64,000 nt of DNA from Eledone cirrhosa (GCA_964016885.1 OZ024740.1:338768001-338832000); one strand, 5' to 3'; counted from the stretch's first letter, positions 25,140-39,786 are shown. Notes: generated from the letters alone by a model not told the origin. Numbers and translations: made by a program.

Positions 25140-28100
25140 GAGTAGGATGTTTGAATGCACGTGGCCTGGGCTCAACTTGGAAGCAAGCAAAGCTTCTAAA
25201 TGACCTCAGGTCATGTAGTATAAATGTAATGGTTATCTGTGAGACTCGAATCAGCGTCGTGCGGCAGCTGGCCCCCACCTTCGATGACTTTGAGGTGCAT
25301 GCATCTCTCTGTCAACCTGGAGGTGGGGGTGGGGTTGTCGTACTGCTGCAAAAACACCTGGGTCTTGCCGTACAGGTTGTGCACTCGGACCCGGAGGGTC
25401 GTTTGTTGGTGCTAGACGTTGGCAGTAGTGAAGGTGCAGCCTTGAGACTGGTCGCCGTCTACTCCCCTTCCGGAGCTGAACGGCCCAACTTCTTCCAGCG
25501 TTTGGAGACTTTTCTGGGAACGTCGCGTTCCCTGCTTCTAGCGGGGGATTGGAATGACATCCTAGATGCACGTTGGGACTATGCAGGAGCATGTCCTAAT
25601 AGAGGGGGGTGTAACTGCCTCAAGGGGTTACTCGACCGTTTTAACTTGGTCGATAGATATCGACTAGATTTTCCAACTGTGCCTACCTGGACTTGGAGAA
25701 ACCACAGTGGTCAATCTAGATCGTACTTAGATAGATTCTTAGTTAGAAGTAAGGATAGGGACATATTAAGCTGTCCAGAAATGCGCACGGTTGGCTACAC
25801 GGATCACAAATTAGTGACCTGCGTAGTCAATCTCGAGAAAACACATAAACAGGGTCCCGGTTACTGGAAACTTAATTTGTCTTTACCGGCAAAAGATACT
25901 TACAGAAACCGGATTAGCAGATTATTTAAGGAGAGGTTGACGGGTGCAATCGTCAACAACCGATGGTGGGCATCTCTCAAAAGAGAGATTAGAACAGAAT
26001 CAATAAGTTATAGCAAGATGTTAGCTGCCGATAGGAATAGAAACGAGAAAGAATTAACAGGTAAATTAGAAGAGGCAATCAAGAGCGAAGATGTGGCCAG
26101 AGTGCTGGCATCAAGGACGGCCTTGAACCAGTTTTTCGATGCAAAGCACGAAGGCTGCGTCATTCGAAGTAAAATACGTGCTCTAAGTAATGAGGGGGCC
26201 AAAGCCGTTGGCTGGGCCCGCGTGACAGAAGCTAAGAGTGGAAATCGATCCACCATCCGGTCGTTGCAAGACGAAGATGGACGGGTGATCCGGGAGCCTA
26301 AGCAGATGTGCGAGGCCTTTCAAAGGCACTTTTCCCGATTGTTCGGGGGAGGCGAGGGTCCGGGCGGGGACGTGGATTTCGGTCCATACCTCGACGGCCT
26401 TCCGCGTCTCTCGAGCGAAGAGGCAGAGTCCTGCGAGGGACCAATCTCGGCTGATGAGATCGGAGATGCGCTGAGCCAATGCAGCAGACGCAAATCTCCA
26501 GGTCTCGATGGTATACCTTACGAACTTTATTTAGCAATGCCGGTCTTCTTCTCCGAACTCCTCGAAGCGGTCTACTGCAATTGGCAGCAGAACGGGAGAA
26601 TTCCTTGTTCTGTAGCCAAAGGCGTAGTCACGCTGGTGAGGAAGGACGAGAACAAGGGAGATAGTATAAATAATTTTCGGCCCATAGCCCTGCTAAACAC
26701 AGAGTTAAAGATTTTGGCCAAGGTGTTAGCAAAGAGGTTGGCGCTTGTCGTGGGTGGCCTGGTGGGAGATGCGCAGACATGTGCTATTCCATCCAGGTCC
26801 ATTCACGATAACCTCCACCTCATGCGATACATCATAGAGAGGGTTGGCAACAAACCCGGCTTCGGTGGGGCCCTGATCAACTTGGATCAGTCTAAGGCCT
26901 TCGATAGGGTCGACCATGGTTACCTGGATGCGGTGCTAGCGGCGGCTGGGTTCGGTCCTGTTTTCAGAGGCTGGATCACTGCCTTACATAGCAACCACAT
27001 CTGTTCTAGGATCAAGGTGAACGGCTACCTTTCGAAGCCGTTCGAAATCACACGACCCATTCGACAGGGGTGCCCTCTCTCCTCCCTTCTGTACGTATTG
27101 ACTCTCGAGCCTTTACTGAGGAAGTTGGAGTTGTTGCAGGGTATCCCCCTGGAACAAGAACTGAGCAAAGCGGTGTCGGCCTACGCCGATGACGTAACAG
27201 TAATGGTATCGACCGACTCGGAGATCGAGGCGATCGGTACTTTACTGGAGGATTACGAAAGGTTGTCAGGAGCGAAACTGAACCGGGAAAAATCCATCGG
27301 GCTGCAACTCGGAACGTGGAGAGGCAGACCGATGCCTCCCGACGGTGTCGTCGGACACTGGACGGAGGGCCCGGTAAAGTTGCTTGGGGTCTGGTTTGGA
27401 CCGGACCTCCAGGTGGAAAAGAACTGGAACTAGGTTACGAACAAGGTGTTTGCACTAACCCAGAAAAGGGCCAAGTGTAAGCTGTCCCTAAAAGGCCGGG
27501 CGGAGGTGGCGAACATTTACATAGCGTCCGTCACTTACTACCGCCTGACTGTCGTGCCTTGCCCCAAGGAAACACTCACCACCATGGAACGCATGCTCTT
27601 CCAATTTCTTTGGAAGAAGCGCCCTCCTATGGTGAAAAGATCCATCTGCTGCCAACAACCTTCAAAAGGAGGGCTGGGGATGCCGTGGTTGATGATGAGT
27701 AGGCACGCATTAAGGCTACGGCACCTACAGGTATTCCTCACTGGTCAACCGGTGTGGGCTCCGTTCGTGAAACGAGCCTTTCCGAGACTCGTCTCGCTCA
27801 CCGAGCTACAGTCCTGGGTCAAGCAAAGATCCGGAAAACTGGGAGACTGGCACACTGAATGTGCTCAGGCGCTCAGGGCTCTCTGGCAAGCGGGCCAGGC
27901 CATCGGTGGAGAATCCACCTCATCATTCTATAGAGGGCTGGTGGCTAGCAGGGGCGATGACACCCTTGGAGAGTCGCTGGACATGGAAGAAGACGAACTG
28001 GCCAGCCTGTTCGGTAGGACTTTCGGCCCAGGACCAATGGACAACTTCCAGAAGTCACTGGCCTGGCAGTGCTACCGAGGGGCTCTACTCGTTCGAGAGA

Positions 28101-28564
28101 GGCTCTACAGACACGGGCGCCCGGGCAGGGATCCCTCAAAAAAGATTTGCCCTAGATGCGTGCGTCACGAAGAAACCGTTGCGCACGCATTGGTGCAATG
28201 TCCGGGCGTGGCTGATCTGTGGGGCTACGCCGAACGACTGCTGTCGTGGGTGGCGCCGATTCAATAGACCGCCGAGTCCGTGATGACAATCAAGCCGCCT
28301 CCCCTCTTCACAAAGGAAGCAAAGGCGGCTTTGCTGTGCGTAATAGCCATGTTGAAAGAAGTTGTTTGGTGGACACGATTGAAAGGTCTGAGGTGAGGCA
28401 ACTTCCTCTCTGGCCATAGTCTGGTCTACTTCTTCCGATATCACTTCGGAAGAAGGATAAGAATGGAGAGAGAGGTGCTTGGCCACAGGCAGTTTTATGA
28501 AAGGTGGGTGATAGTGGCGAGAATGGCTCGTGTAAATGGGCCTTCTCTGTATACCATCCTGTAG
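25127..28564 (+). pseudogene. LINE ORF2 (AP endonuclease, reverse transcriptase, C-terminal zinc motif) with in-frame stops
   Basis: Motifs LNARGL, ICET, AGDWN, YLDRF, TDH, PGYWKLN, KSPGLDG, FRPIALLN, DQSKAFDRV, RQGCPLS, SAYADD, GGLG and CPRC..EETVAHAL..C. Stops at 27431 and 28265. Confidence 0.95.
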
Positions 28565-28818
28565 GTAAAGAAGTAAAGGAGAGGGGAGCACCTTCTCCAT
28601 GTGCTCCCCGGGCAAAGGATTGCACACTTATTCAGGGGTGTGTGCAACCCCCATCACGTCCCCTCCCTTTTGAGGTTATTTTCGATTATTTTCATGTTAT
28701 ACCCTTTTTACTCGATTGTATGTAAACTCCCCCTTTGTATTTGTCCCTTCTTTTTATGCCTTTATGGTAAATAAAGAAATATATCTATCTATCTCTTTCT
28801 CTCTCTATATATATATAT

Positions 28819-29007
28819 AATTGTTTCTATTTTTGGCTCAAGGCCAGCAATTATCTCAGTGTATTACTGGTACTTTATTTTATCGACCCCGTAAAGATGA
28901 AAGGCAAAGTTAACCTCGGCGGGATTTGAACTCAGTCCATAAAGGGACGTAACTGTGCTGCAAAGTATGACGTCCGACCCTCTACCGATACTGCCAATCC
29001 ACCGCCC
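28819..29007 (-). mobile_element. tRNA-derived SINE, main family, full length
   Basis: Head GGGCGGTGGATTGGCAGTATCGGTAGAG, B box GAGTTCAAATCCC and the conserved core. The core resembles my recollection of the MetaSINE domain, which is unverified. Confidence 0.85.
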
Positions 29008-29087
29008 TCAATTATATATATATATATGTATGTGTATATAAATATATATAATTCTCTCTCTCATTCTCCCCCCCCCCTCTCTCTCTG

Positions 29088-29776
<689 letters not shown>

Positions 29777-30477
29777 GTTACTTCCATGTTTCTGTTTACA
29801 TATTGCTACTTGTCAATTTTCATTCCATCAGTCTCATATATTCCTTTATTCTTATTCGTTTATTTTGCAATTGCAATGTTTTCATATTTCTATATTTTGT
29901 TACTCTAATATGTATTCATGTTTAATATTGTAATATAGTTTCTCGTTCCATTATTCCTATATTCTCTATACATATCACAATCAGCTTCAGGCTTAATGTC
30001 ATATATGATGCAATAATATTAAATAGAATTTATTTTTGTTGCACGAACTATACTATGTAAAATACTGTGGTACATTCTGTATCTGTGAAGGTGTGTGATT
30101 TAGTGTTTAAGGTGTTGGACTCATAATCATAAAATTGTGAGTTCCATTCTTGGACTGGGCGGCGCGTTGTATTTTTGAGCAAGACATTTCTTTTCACTTT
30201 GCTTTTCATGATCGGGCTGGGACCCTTTTCATTAAAACATAAAAAACTCCTGTGGCCAACTAAGCCTACAGAGGTTAGATCAGTAAATATCATTTCATTT
30301 TATTTTCATTTTATGTGGTGTATTTTAAGTAGTACATTGTATGTGTTGTACAGTGTGTGTTTGTGAAATATACTTTATGCATAGGCACCCAGTGGAAGAG
30401 TGTGTACGAGTATGTGTGTGCGTGTGTGGGTGATGGGTGGGGTAGGTCAATTGCCTTACCCTTGATCGCTCCTTCTA

Positions 30478-30945
30478 CAGACCTGCCAAACGGGGAGTAC
30501 CATGAAAAAAGTGCCCCAAAACGGGAAGAAATGAGGTAAAATGGGGAGATTTACATAATGAAAGCTATACCCATTTTCACAAGAGAAAACATCTCTCACC
30601 CACCCCAAAGTGGGTGGGAGATCTCCCCCGTTAGGCGGGGAGAGTTAACAAGTCTGGATTTACTACAAAAGGATATATATCGAAGAGCCAGCACAAATGC
30701 TCCAGAGCATTTAACCAAACACTTTAACGATTCTACTAATTCAACTATTATTTATAGCAGACCTGGCAACCTCTAAACACGCAAACTGGGAGTACCATAA
30801 AAAAAATGCCCCAAGGCGGGGAGAAATGAGACAAAATGGGGAGATTTTACATAATGAAAGCTATACCCATTTTCACAAGAAAAGACATCCCACCCAAAGT
30901 AGGTGGGAGATTTTCCCCATTGGACGGATAGAGTTGACATGTCTG
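30478..30945 (+). mobile_element. Two adjacent copies of an approximately 180-bp MITE-like element
   Basis: Copies at 30478-30656 and 30758-30944 have termini CAGACCTG(C/G)CAA / GTT(A/G)ACAnGTCTG. A third, inverted copy is at 54529-54722. Confidence 0.65.
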
Positions 30946-31100
30946 TTTCTAACAGAGGGAGAGAGGAAGAACCTAAAGAGTGTTGTAAATTCCAGTTTTC
31001 TGTCTGACTCACTAAGTAGTATTTCAATTAAATGTGAATTTTAGAAACAACTATTATTATCTAGCACTAAACCACCCACAAAGTAACCTTCATTCTCCCG

Positions 31101-31358
31101 CTAACATATATTGCATACGAATAGCTCAAGGATTAATGAGAACGGTATAGGTACCACCAACAACCATCTTACGTATGATTGTAATTGCAGAAATAGAAGC
31201 ATTTGCCCCTTAAATGGCAAATGTTTGATTAATAATGTAATATATAAATGCACTGTGTCTCCTACTGACTCCAACAAAACATATATAGGATCTACATCAA
31301 ACACATTTAAGAAAAGGTTTTACGCACATCCTAGTAGTTTTAACAATACTAAACTATC
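31101..31358 (+). pseudogene. Penelope-like element GIY-YIG endonuclease fragment, cut by a SINE
   Basis: CNCRNRSICPLNGKCLINNVIYKCTV...YIGSTSNTFKKRFYAH. A SINE 3' half follows at 31359-31462. Confidence 0.85.
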
Positions 31359-31792
31359 CCGCCGAGGTTAACTTTGCCTTTCATCCTTACGGGGTCGATA
31401 AAATAAAGTACCAGTAATACACTGGGATAATTGTTGGCCTTGTGCCAAAAGTAGAAACAATTATTTCTTTATATACAATTATTTTATCCTAGCACATGCA
31501 ATGATTTACCACCTTTAGAGGCGGCCGTGGACACTTTTTATTTAAACATGCGTTTAAAAATTTAGGGTATCTTTTATAATGTGTTTGTATTTTTATTTCT
31601 ATTTCTATTTTCTATATTGTGTTCCAGCCGAGGGGCTGAGGCCATGCTGGGATTTTACGAATGGTTATATTTTATGAAATAACCGGAGTTTAGCTGTATA
31701 AAACCTTCTAATAGTGCGGCCACGTCGGATATCAGCCGACTTCAAAGCGGCCTTCCAACATAAAAGGGTCTCTTATTTCTGTTTTAGATAAT

Positions 31793-31984
31793 AATGGTTT
31801 CTACTTTTGACACAAGGCCAGCAATTACCCCCAGTGCATTACTAGTGTTTTATTTTATCAACCCCGTAAGGATGAAAGGCTAAGTTAACCTCGGCGGGAT
31901 TTGAACACAGAACGTAAAGGGCCATAACTCTATGCTGCAAAGCATGGTGTTTGATGCTCTACCGATACAGCCAATCCACTGCCA
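31793..31984 (-). mobile_element. tRNA-derived SINE, main family
   Basis: Matches 28819-29007. Confidence 0.85.
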
Positions 31985-32370
31985 TTAGATAATAATGCTA
32001 CTAGTATCATGGTAGAAGGATTTATATCAAATTGGATTCTTTTTTTTACGTTGCTTTGACTGAATTACTAGCTTACTAGATAATCCAGATTGCTCATTCT
32101 TTTACTTAAATTGGTAAAAAAAAGAACGCAAAAACTGGCCTGAAGAGCAACGAAACACCGGTCTCGTGCCAAACATAGTCAACGAGCAGCAAAACAAGTA
32201 GTTTTGTTGGTGGTAAGGATGTCGCAAGCTGTCGCTAGACTTTAATCCTCGGGGAAGGAGATGACTTCAGAACATTCTGGGTGGACATTGTTTCGCAAGA
32301 AAGGTAGTTCAGGATTTAAAAAATAAAATTCATTACTTTATTTTCTAAATTTGACGGTACCCTTTGAAAA

Positions 32371-35300
32371 ATTGCTATCCAGTGCTATCCAGTGCTATCT
32401 AGTGCTATCCAGTGCTATCCAGTGCTATCCAGTGCTATCAAATGCTATCTAGTTCTATCTAGTGCTATCTAGTGCTATCTAGTGCTATCCAGTGCTATCC
32501 AGTGCTATCCAGTGCTATCTAGTGCTATCCAGTGCTATCCAGTGCTATCCAGTGCTATCTAGTGCTATCCAGTGCTATCCAGTGCTATCCAGTGCTATCT
32601 AGTGCTATCCAGTGCTATCCAGTGCTATCCAGTGCTATCCAGTGCTATCCAGTGCTATCCAGTGCTATCCAGTGCTATCCAGTGCTATCCAGTGCTATCC
32701 AGTGCTATCCAGTGCTATCCAGTGCTATCTAGTGCTATCTAGTGCTATCTAGTGCTATCTAGTGCTATCCAGTGCTATCTAGTGCTATCCAGTGCTATCC
32801 AGTGCTATCCAGTGCTATCAAGTGCTATCTAGTGCTATCTAGTGCTATCTAGTGCTATCTAGTGCTATCCAGTGCTATCCAGTGCTATCCAGTGCTATCT
32901 AGTGCTATCTAGTGCTATCCAGTGCTATCCAGTGCTATCCAGTGCTATCCAGTGCTATCTAATGCTACCCAGTGCTATCTAGTGCTATCTAGTGCTATCC
33001 AGTGCTATCCAGTGCTATCAAGTGCTATCTATTGCTATCCAGTGCTATCCAGTGCTATCTAGTGCTATCTAGTGCTATCCAGTGCTATCCAGTGCTATCA
33101 AGTGCTATCTATTGCTATCCAGTGCTATCAAGTGCTATCCAGTGCTATCCAGTGCTATCCAGTGCTATCCAGTGCTATCTAGTGCTATCTAGTGCTATCT
33201 AGTGCTGCCCAGTGCTATCTAGTGCTATCTAGTGCTATCCAGTGCTATCCAGTGCTATCTAGTGCTATCTAGTGCTATCTAGTGCTACCCAGTGCTATCC
33301 AGTGTTATCTAGTGCTATCTAGTGCTATCTAGTGCTATCCAGTGCTATCCAGTGTTATCTAGTGCTATCTAGTGCTATCTAGTGCTATCTAGTGCTACCC
33401 AGTGCTATCTAGTGCTATCTAGTGCTATCCAGTGCTATCCAGTGCTATCTAGTGCTATCTAGTGCTATCTAGTGCTATCCAGTGCTATCCAGTGCTATCT
33501 AGTGCTATCAAGTGCTATCTATTGCTATCTAGTGCTATCCAGTGCTATCCAGTGCTATCCAGTGCTATCTAGTGCTATCTAGTGCTATTTAGTGCTATCC
33601 AGTGATATCTAGTGCTATTTAGTGCTATCTAGTGCTATCCAGTGCTATCCAGTGCTATCAAGTGCTATCTATTGCTATCTAGTGCTATCCAGTGCTATCT
33701 AGTGCTATCTAGTGCTATCTAGTGCTATCTAGTGCTATCTAGTGCTATCCAGTGCTATCTAGTGCTATCTAGTGCTATCCAGTGCTATCTATTGCTATCT
33801 AGTGCTATTTAGTGCTATCCAGTGATTTCTAGTGCTATTTAGTGCTATCCAGTGCTATCCAGTACTATCTAGTGCTATCCAGTGCTATCTAGTGCTATCT
33901 AGTGCTACCAAGTGCTATCTAGTGCTATCTAGTGCTATCCAGTGCTATCTAGTGCTATCTAGTGCTATCCAGTGCTATCTATTGCTATCTAGTGCTATTT
34001 AGTGCTATCCAGTGATATCTAGTGCTATTTAGTGCTATCCAGTGCTATCGTAGTACTATCTAGTGCTATCCAGTGCTATCTAGTGCTATCTAGTGCTACC
34101 AAGTGCTATCTAGTGCTATCTAGTGCTATCCAGTGCTATCCAGTGCTATCTAGTGCTATCCAGTGCTATCCAGTGCTATCTAGTGCTATTTAGTGCTATC
34201 CAGTGATATCTAGTGCTATTTAGTGCTATCGAGTGATATCTAGTGCTATCCAGTGCTATCCAGTGTTATCTAGTGCTATCTAGTGCTATCTAGTGCTATC
34301 TAGTGCTATCCAGTGCTATCCAGTGTTATCTAGTGCTATCTAGTGCTATCCAGTGCTATCTATTGCTATCTAGTGCTATCTATTGCTATTTAGTGCTATC
34401 CAGTGCTATCTAGTGCTATCCAGTGCTATCTAGTGCTATCTAGTGCTATCCAGTGCTATCTATTGCTATCTAGTGCTATCCAGTGCTATCTATTGCTATC
34501 CGGTGCTATCCAGTGCTATCCAGTGCTACCCAGTGCTATCCAGTGCTATCTAGTGCTATCCAGTGCTATCCAGTGCTATCTAGTGCTATCCAGTGCTATC
34601 TAGTGCTATCTAGTGCTATCCAGTGCTATCTAGTGCTATCCAGTGCTATCTAGTGCTATCCAGTGCTATCCAGTGCTATCCAGTGCTATCCAGTGCTATC
34701 TAGTGCTATCTAGTGCTATCCAGTGCTATCTAGTGCTATCCAGTGCTATCTAGTGCTATCCAGTGTTATCTAGTGCTATCCAGTGCTATCTAGTGCTATC
34801 CAGTGCTATCTAGTGCTATCCAGTGCTATCCAGTGCTATCTAGTGCTATCTAGTGCTATCTAGTGCTACCCAGTGCTATCTAGTGCTATCCAGTGCTATC
34901 TAGTGCTATCTAGTGCTATCCAGTGCTATCTAGTGCTATCTAGTGCTATCTAGTGCTACCCAGTGCTATCTAGTGCTATCTAGTGCTATCCAGTGCTATC
35001 CAGTGCTATCTAGTGCTATCTAGTGCTATCTAGTGCTATCTAGTGCTATCTAGTGCTATCCAGTGCTATCTAGTGCTATCCAGTGCTATCCAGTGCTATC
35101 TAGTGCTATCCAGTGCTATCTAGTGCTATCTAGTGCTATCCAGTGCTATCTAGTGCTATCCAGTGCTATCCAGTGCTATCTAGTGCTATCCAGTGCTATC
35201 TAGTGCTATCTAGTGCTACCCAGTGCTATCTAGTGCTATCCAGTGCTATCTAGTGCTATCTAGTGCTATCCAGTGTTATCTAGTGCTATCTAGTGCTATC

Positions 35301-35927
35301 TGGTGCTATCTAGTGCTATCTAGTGCTATCTAGTGCTATCTAGTGCTATCTAGTGCTATCTAGTGCTATCTAGTGCTATCCGGTGCTATCTAGTGCTATC
35401 TAGTGCTATCTAGTGCTATCCGGTGCTATCTAGTGCTATCTAGTGCTATCTAGTGCTATCCGGTGCTATCTAGTGCTATCTAGTGCTATCTAGTGCTACC
35501 CAGTGCTATCTAGTGCTATCCAGTGCTATCTAGTGCTATCTAGTGCTACCCAGTGCTATCTAGTGCTATCTAGTGCTATCCAGTGCTATCCAGTGCTATC
35601 TAGTGCTATCTAGTGCTATCTAGTGCTATCTAGTGCTATCTAGTGCTATCTAGTGCTATCCGGTGCTATCTAGTGCTATCTAGTGCTATCTAGTGCTATC
35701 CGGTGCTATCTAGTGCTATCTAGTGCTATCTAGTGCTATCTAGTGCTATCCAGTGCTATCCAGTGCTATCCAGTGTTATCTAGTGCTATCTAGTGCTATC
35801 CGGTGCTATCTAGTGCTATCTAGTGCTATCTAGTGCTACCCATTGCTATCTAGTGCTATCTAGTGCTATCTAGTGCTATCTAGTGCTATCTAGTGCTATC
35901 TAGTGCTATCCGGTGCTATCTAGTGCT
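32371..35927. repeat. 10-bp satellite (AGTGCTATCY)n, about 355 units
   Basis: Direct inspection. A single 1-nt phase shift occurs near 34050. Confidence 0.98.
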
Positions 35928-36149
35928 TTTTCCTTTACTTGCTGACGGGCCCGGTATACCTAGCTGCATGTTTATTCATCAAATACATTTACAGATGTTT
36001 TGGTTTCCACGATATGTATTCCAGTTGTTCGATCTACGGAACAACCTGCTCGTGTAATTACCGTGCATTCCGTAGATACATGTATCCATAACCAATGGGA
36101 TATTCAGCGTGAAACAATATGTAACAAGGCGAACCCTTTGAATTACAGA

Positions 36150-36820
36150 TTCTTCTTCTTCTTCTTCTTCTTCTTCTTCTGCTTCTTGCGAGAGTCGTGG
36201 AGGCTGAGTCCTCAAATAGTCCTTCCAGCGGGTCCTGTCAGAAGCGACTGTCTCCGGCTGATCCGACTGGATCCCCAAGCGAGACCAGCCAAGTTCATGT
36301 ATGTTATCCAACCGTCTCGCTCGGGGTATACCCCTGAGTCTCCTTCCGGTAGATTTTGCCCGTAAAATATATTCAACGACTTTTTTCCTGAGACATTCTA
36401 ACCACATGCCCATGATATCGGATATGTGATCTCTGATTTCGGAGGAGTAGCGGCTCTACCTGGAGTGACTTTCTGATCTTCGGGCTACGCAGACTGTCGA
36501 CTAAAGTTACTCCAAAGACCCTTCGGAGGAATCCCATTTCGGCCGCTTGTATTCGTGATCTTATTTTTCCGGTCATTACCTGAGATTCATGACCTTAGGT
36601 AAGGTTTGGCACTAATATCGAAATGAAGATAGCGAGTTTGGTTTTTACGACTACCTCCCTTCTTCTAATTACTGATTACTAATTGTAGCTCCTGCAATTA
36701 TTGCCCTTAATTCAGCCTCCTGCATTCCATCATTTGTGAACATGGTCCCGAGATACTTGAACTTCTTTACCTGCTCCATTGGGCCTCCATTTACATGTAG
36801 GATCCACTGCGCAGGGTTCC
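36150..36820 (-). mobile_element. 3' fragment of an RTE-type LINE with a (GAA)n tail
   Basis: Minus-strand motifs EQVKKFKYLG, RIQAAEMGFLRRVFGVT and HGHVVRM. The same 3' end recurs at 48915-49163 on the plus strand. Confidence 0.85.
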
Positions 36821-37329
36821 TCAGTTTTCGCAGCATAGATGCAACTATTTTTTCACAGTTGAGCGGACTGGAGCAGCATGAAATATAATGTCATGCTTAA
36901 GAGCACGACGCACAGCCCGGTTCCGGAATCGAACTCTTGATTTTATGATCGTGAGCCGAACACCTTAATCAAATTGCTAAACACACACAGACAAGTGCAC
37001 ACGCATATACAAATATACATGCATACATATGTACATGCAATACTCACACATACATACATTAAACATACAAACATACATCACAGTCTCTCTTGCACTGTCC
37101 TCCTTTCACACACACATACATACAAACATATATGCATACATACATGCATACGTACAAGCAATACTCAACATACTTACATACATATATGCAATACTCATAC
37201 ATACATCACACTCTCTCTCTCTGACTATCTCCTTTTCACACACACATAGAAACATACAAGCATACATACGCACATGTAATACAAGCATACATATGCACAT
37301 GCAATACTTATACATACATACATACAAAC

Positions 37330-37742
37330 ATGGAGGCTGCCAACTCGTTTTCGAGTACGGCCACTATTTTATATCCATGTAGGAGAACCCCTACCGATGC
37401 GCTGAACGAGTGTGACTTTTTAGTCCAGCCAGCGACTTGAAAACTCTGGTACAAACGCTACACTTGTGACAATTATTGACACATAGTGCTGGGCCCATGG
37501 TACCATGTGACGACAAGTGCAGAGAGATCTCCAGATATAAAGCAATGCCTGTGCCGTGAAGCTTTTATAGTGAGCTAAGGCACTGCACAAAGCCAGTCCC
37601 ACTCTCTTAACCAAGATGATATTTACCAAAAAGAAGAACAAGTCAACATCATTGGATACCATCAGGGTTGCAGGTGTTATATTGGAGTTTTCCTTCTCCT
37701 AGAATTCTGCCTTGACAAACGCTAAGGGGTCATCTCTCCCGG
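37330..37742 (-). mobile_element. RTE derivative family A, 5'-truncated
   Basis: Matches 15793-16205 and sits in a degenerate CATA tract. Confidence 0.82.
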
Positions 37743-37824
37743 AAGATATATATATACATATATATATCCACACATATATACATACATATACATGCATACA
37801 TACATACATACATACATACATACA

Positions 37825-37858
<34 letters not shown>

Positions 37859-38039
37859 CATACATACATACCTAAACTCACGCTAATGACCAACACGTCA
37901 ACATTTAACGTAGGTCACTCAGTGAGAAGGTTACAAACACCACCATTCCTTTTTTATCATTCTTCTTCCATAATTGGCCACTTTCCTCCTACCCCCACTC
38001 ACTCACTCTTTCTCTCTTTGCATTTCTCTTTTCAATTAC

Positions 38040-39185
38040 ACGACCACCACCACCTCCACTTCCAGCAACACTACCACTATTACCACTATCAACACCCCCT
38101 CCACCACTCAGCATAGACACCACCATTCAGGACAGACACCGCCGTTGCTCCCGTTTCCATCACCACCACCTCTCAATGCAGACGCCACCACTCAAGACAG
38201 ACACCGCCACCTGCACCACCACCATCACCATCACCAATAACAACAACAACAACCCCACCAACATCAACATTACCCTCATTACCCCTCAGCAGCGACACCA
38301 CCACCATCATCATCATCATCACCCCTCAGCAAGGACACCACTACCACCACCACTACCACCACCACCACCACCATCATCACCACCACCACCACCACCATCA
38401 TTCCCCCCACCACTACCAACAACCCCACCACCATCGCCACCACCACCACTACCACCATCATCATTACCACCACCACCACCACTACCAACACCATCATCAT
38501 CACTCCTCAGCAACAACACCACCACCACACCACTACCACCACCCACCACTCAACACAAACGCCATCACGCAAGACAGACACTGGCACTCGCGACAAACAC
38601 TCTCCACCACCATGATTACCTTCACCATTCAGCAGAGACGCTTCCACTCAGCACATACGCCAACACCTTCATCACCTCCACCACCACTACCATCACAAAC
38701 ACCACCACCATCATCACACCTCCAACCATCACCCCACCACCACCACCACCACCATCACCACCACCACCAACATTACCCTCATCATCCCTAAGCAACAACA
38801 CCACCACCACCACCACTACCGCCACCACCACCATTACCACCACTACCACCACCACCATCAACACCAACACTATCACCATCACCAACGTCCCATCATCATC
38901 ACCACCAAGACCATCACCACCATCAACATTTTCCCCACCATTACCACCACCACCACCACCATCATCACCCCCACTATCACCACCATCATCGTCCCCCCCC
39001 CACCAACACCAACACCACCACCATCATCACCATCATCGCCACCACCAAGACCACCACCACCACCACCAAGACCACCACCACCACCAACACCATCATCCCC
39101 CCACCGCCATCATCCACCCATCGCCACCACCACCACCACCACCACCACCACCATCAACACCATCATCAAAGACACCACCATTACT
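38040..39185. repeat. Degenerate (CCA/CAT)n trinucleotide tract
   Basis: Direct inspection. Confidence 0.9.
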
Positions 39186-39609
39186 ACAATCTTCCTACGT
39201 ACATTCTATTTGTCTTCGTTGTTAAACCAACGAAATACTCGTGTGTTGCCTCTGTTGCTGTTGTCTCAAGCTATTGTTTCCTTCAAATCTGGCACACGAC
39301 GAACTTGTTGCCATAACTTCCGTTCAATTAGTGATTAAGTGGTAAAGGGTTGAAACAGCTTAAAGACATGTTGAGCCGGGTCTGGCAGCTTCGTTTGTGA
39401 CGTCCTACTCTAAGCCTGACGTCAAAGTTGACAGCCAATGAAACTAACTGCTTGCTACTGCTGGACTTAGTCTCTACGATCAACATACTAATATATCCGA
39501 TAACTGACATTTGACATTACTAACAGGCTTCCCAATCTTTTATATCCTGTTGCATCGACATCACTTTTGTCGTCACAACCACCACCATAGCCCCCGCCGC
39601 CCCCGCTAC

Positions 39610-39653
<44 letters not shown>

Positions 39654-39786
39654 GCATTTCTATCCTCACCCTATCCATCACCATCATCATTATCATCGTT
39701 ACCATCATCATGGCATCCCTTATATCGTTACCACCACCACCACCACAACCACCACCACCATCATTATTATTATTATCAACATCATT

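Larger units (their letters stand above)
22950..28780 (+). mobile_element. Near full-length Tx1/L1-clade LINE
   Basis: 5'UTR, ORF1 with a CCHC knuckle, ORF2 with APE and RT, and a 3'UTR with AATAAA. TATC/TC tracts lie on both sides. Confidence 0.93.

Noticed and set aside
32137-32180. CTGAAGA-GCAAC-GAAA hammerhead-like string
   Set aside because: Stem II is about 1 bp and stem I does not pair next to the cleavage triplet.
32371-35927. Satellite as a CRISPR array or coding repeat (LSSAIQCYPV ORFs)
   Set aside because: There are no unique spacers or cas genes, the context is eukaryotic, and the ORFs are incidental.
35940-35965. Possible Helitron 3' end (GGGCCC...CTAG) beside the 10-bp satellite
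   Set aside because: The hairpin is too short, the next base is not T, and no matching 5' end was found.
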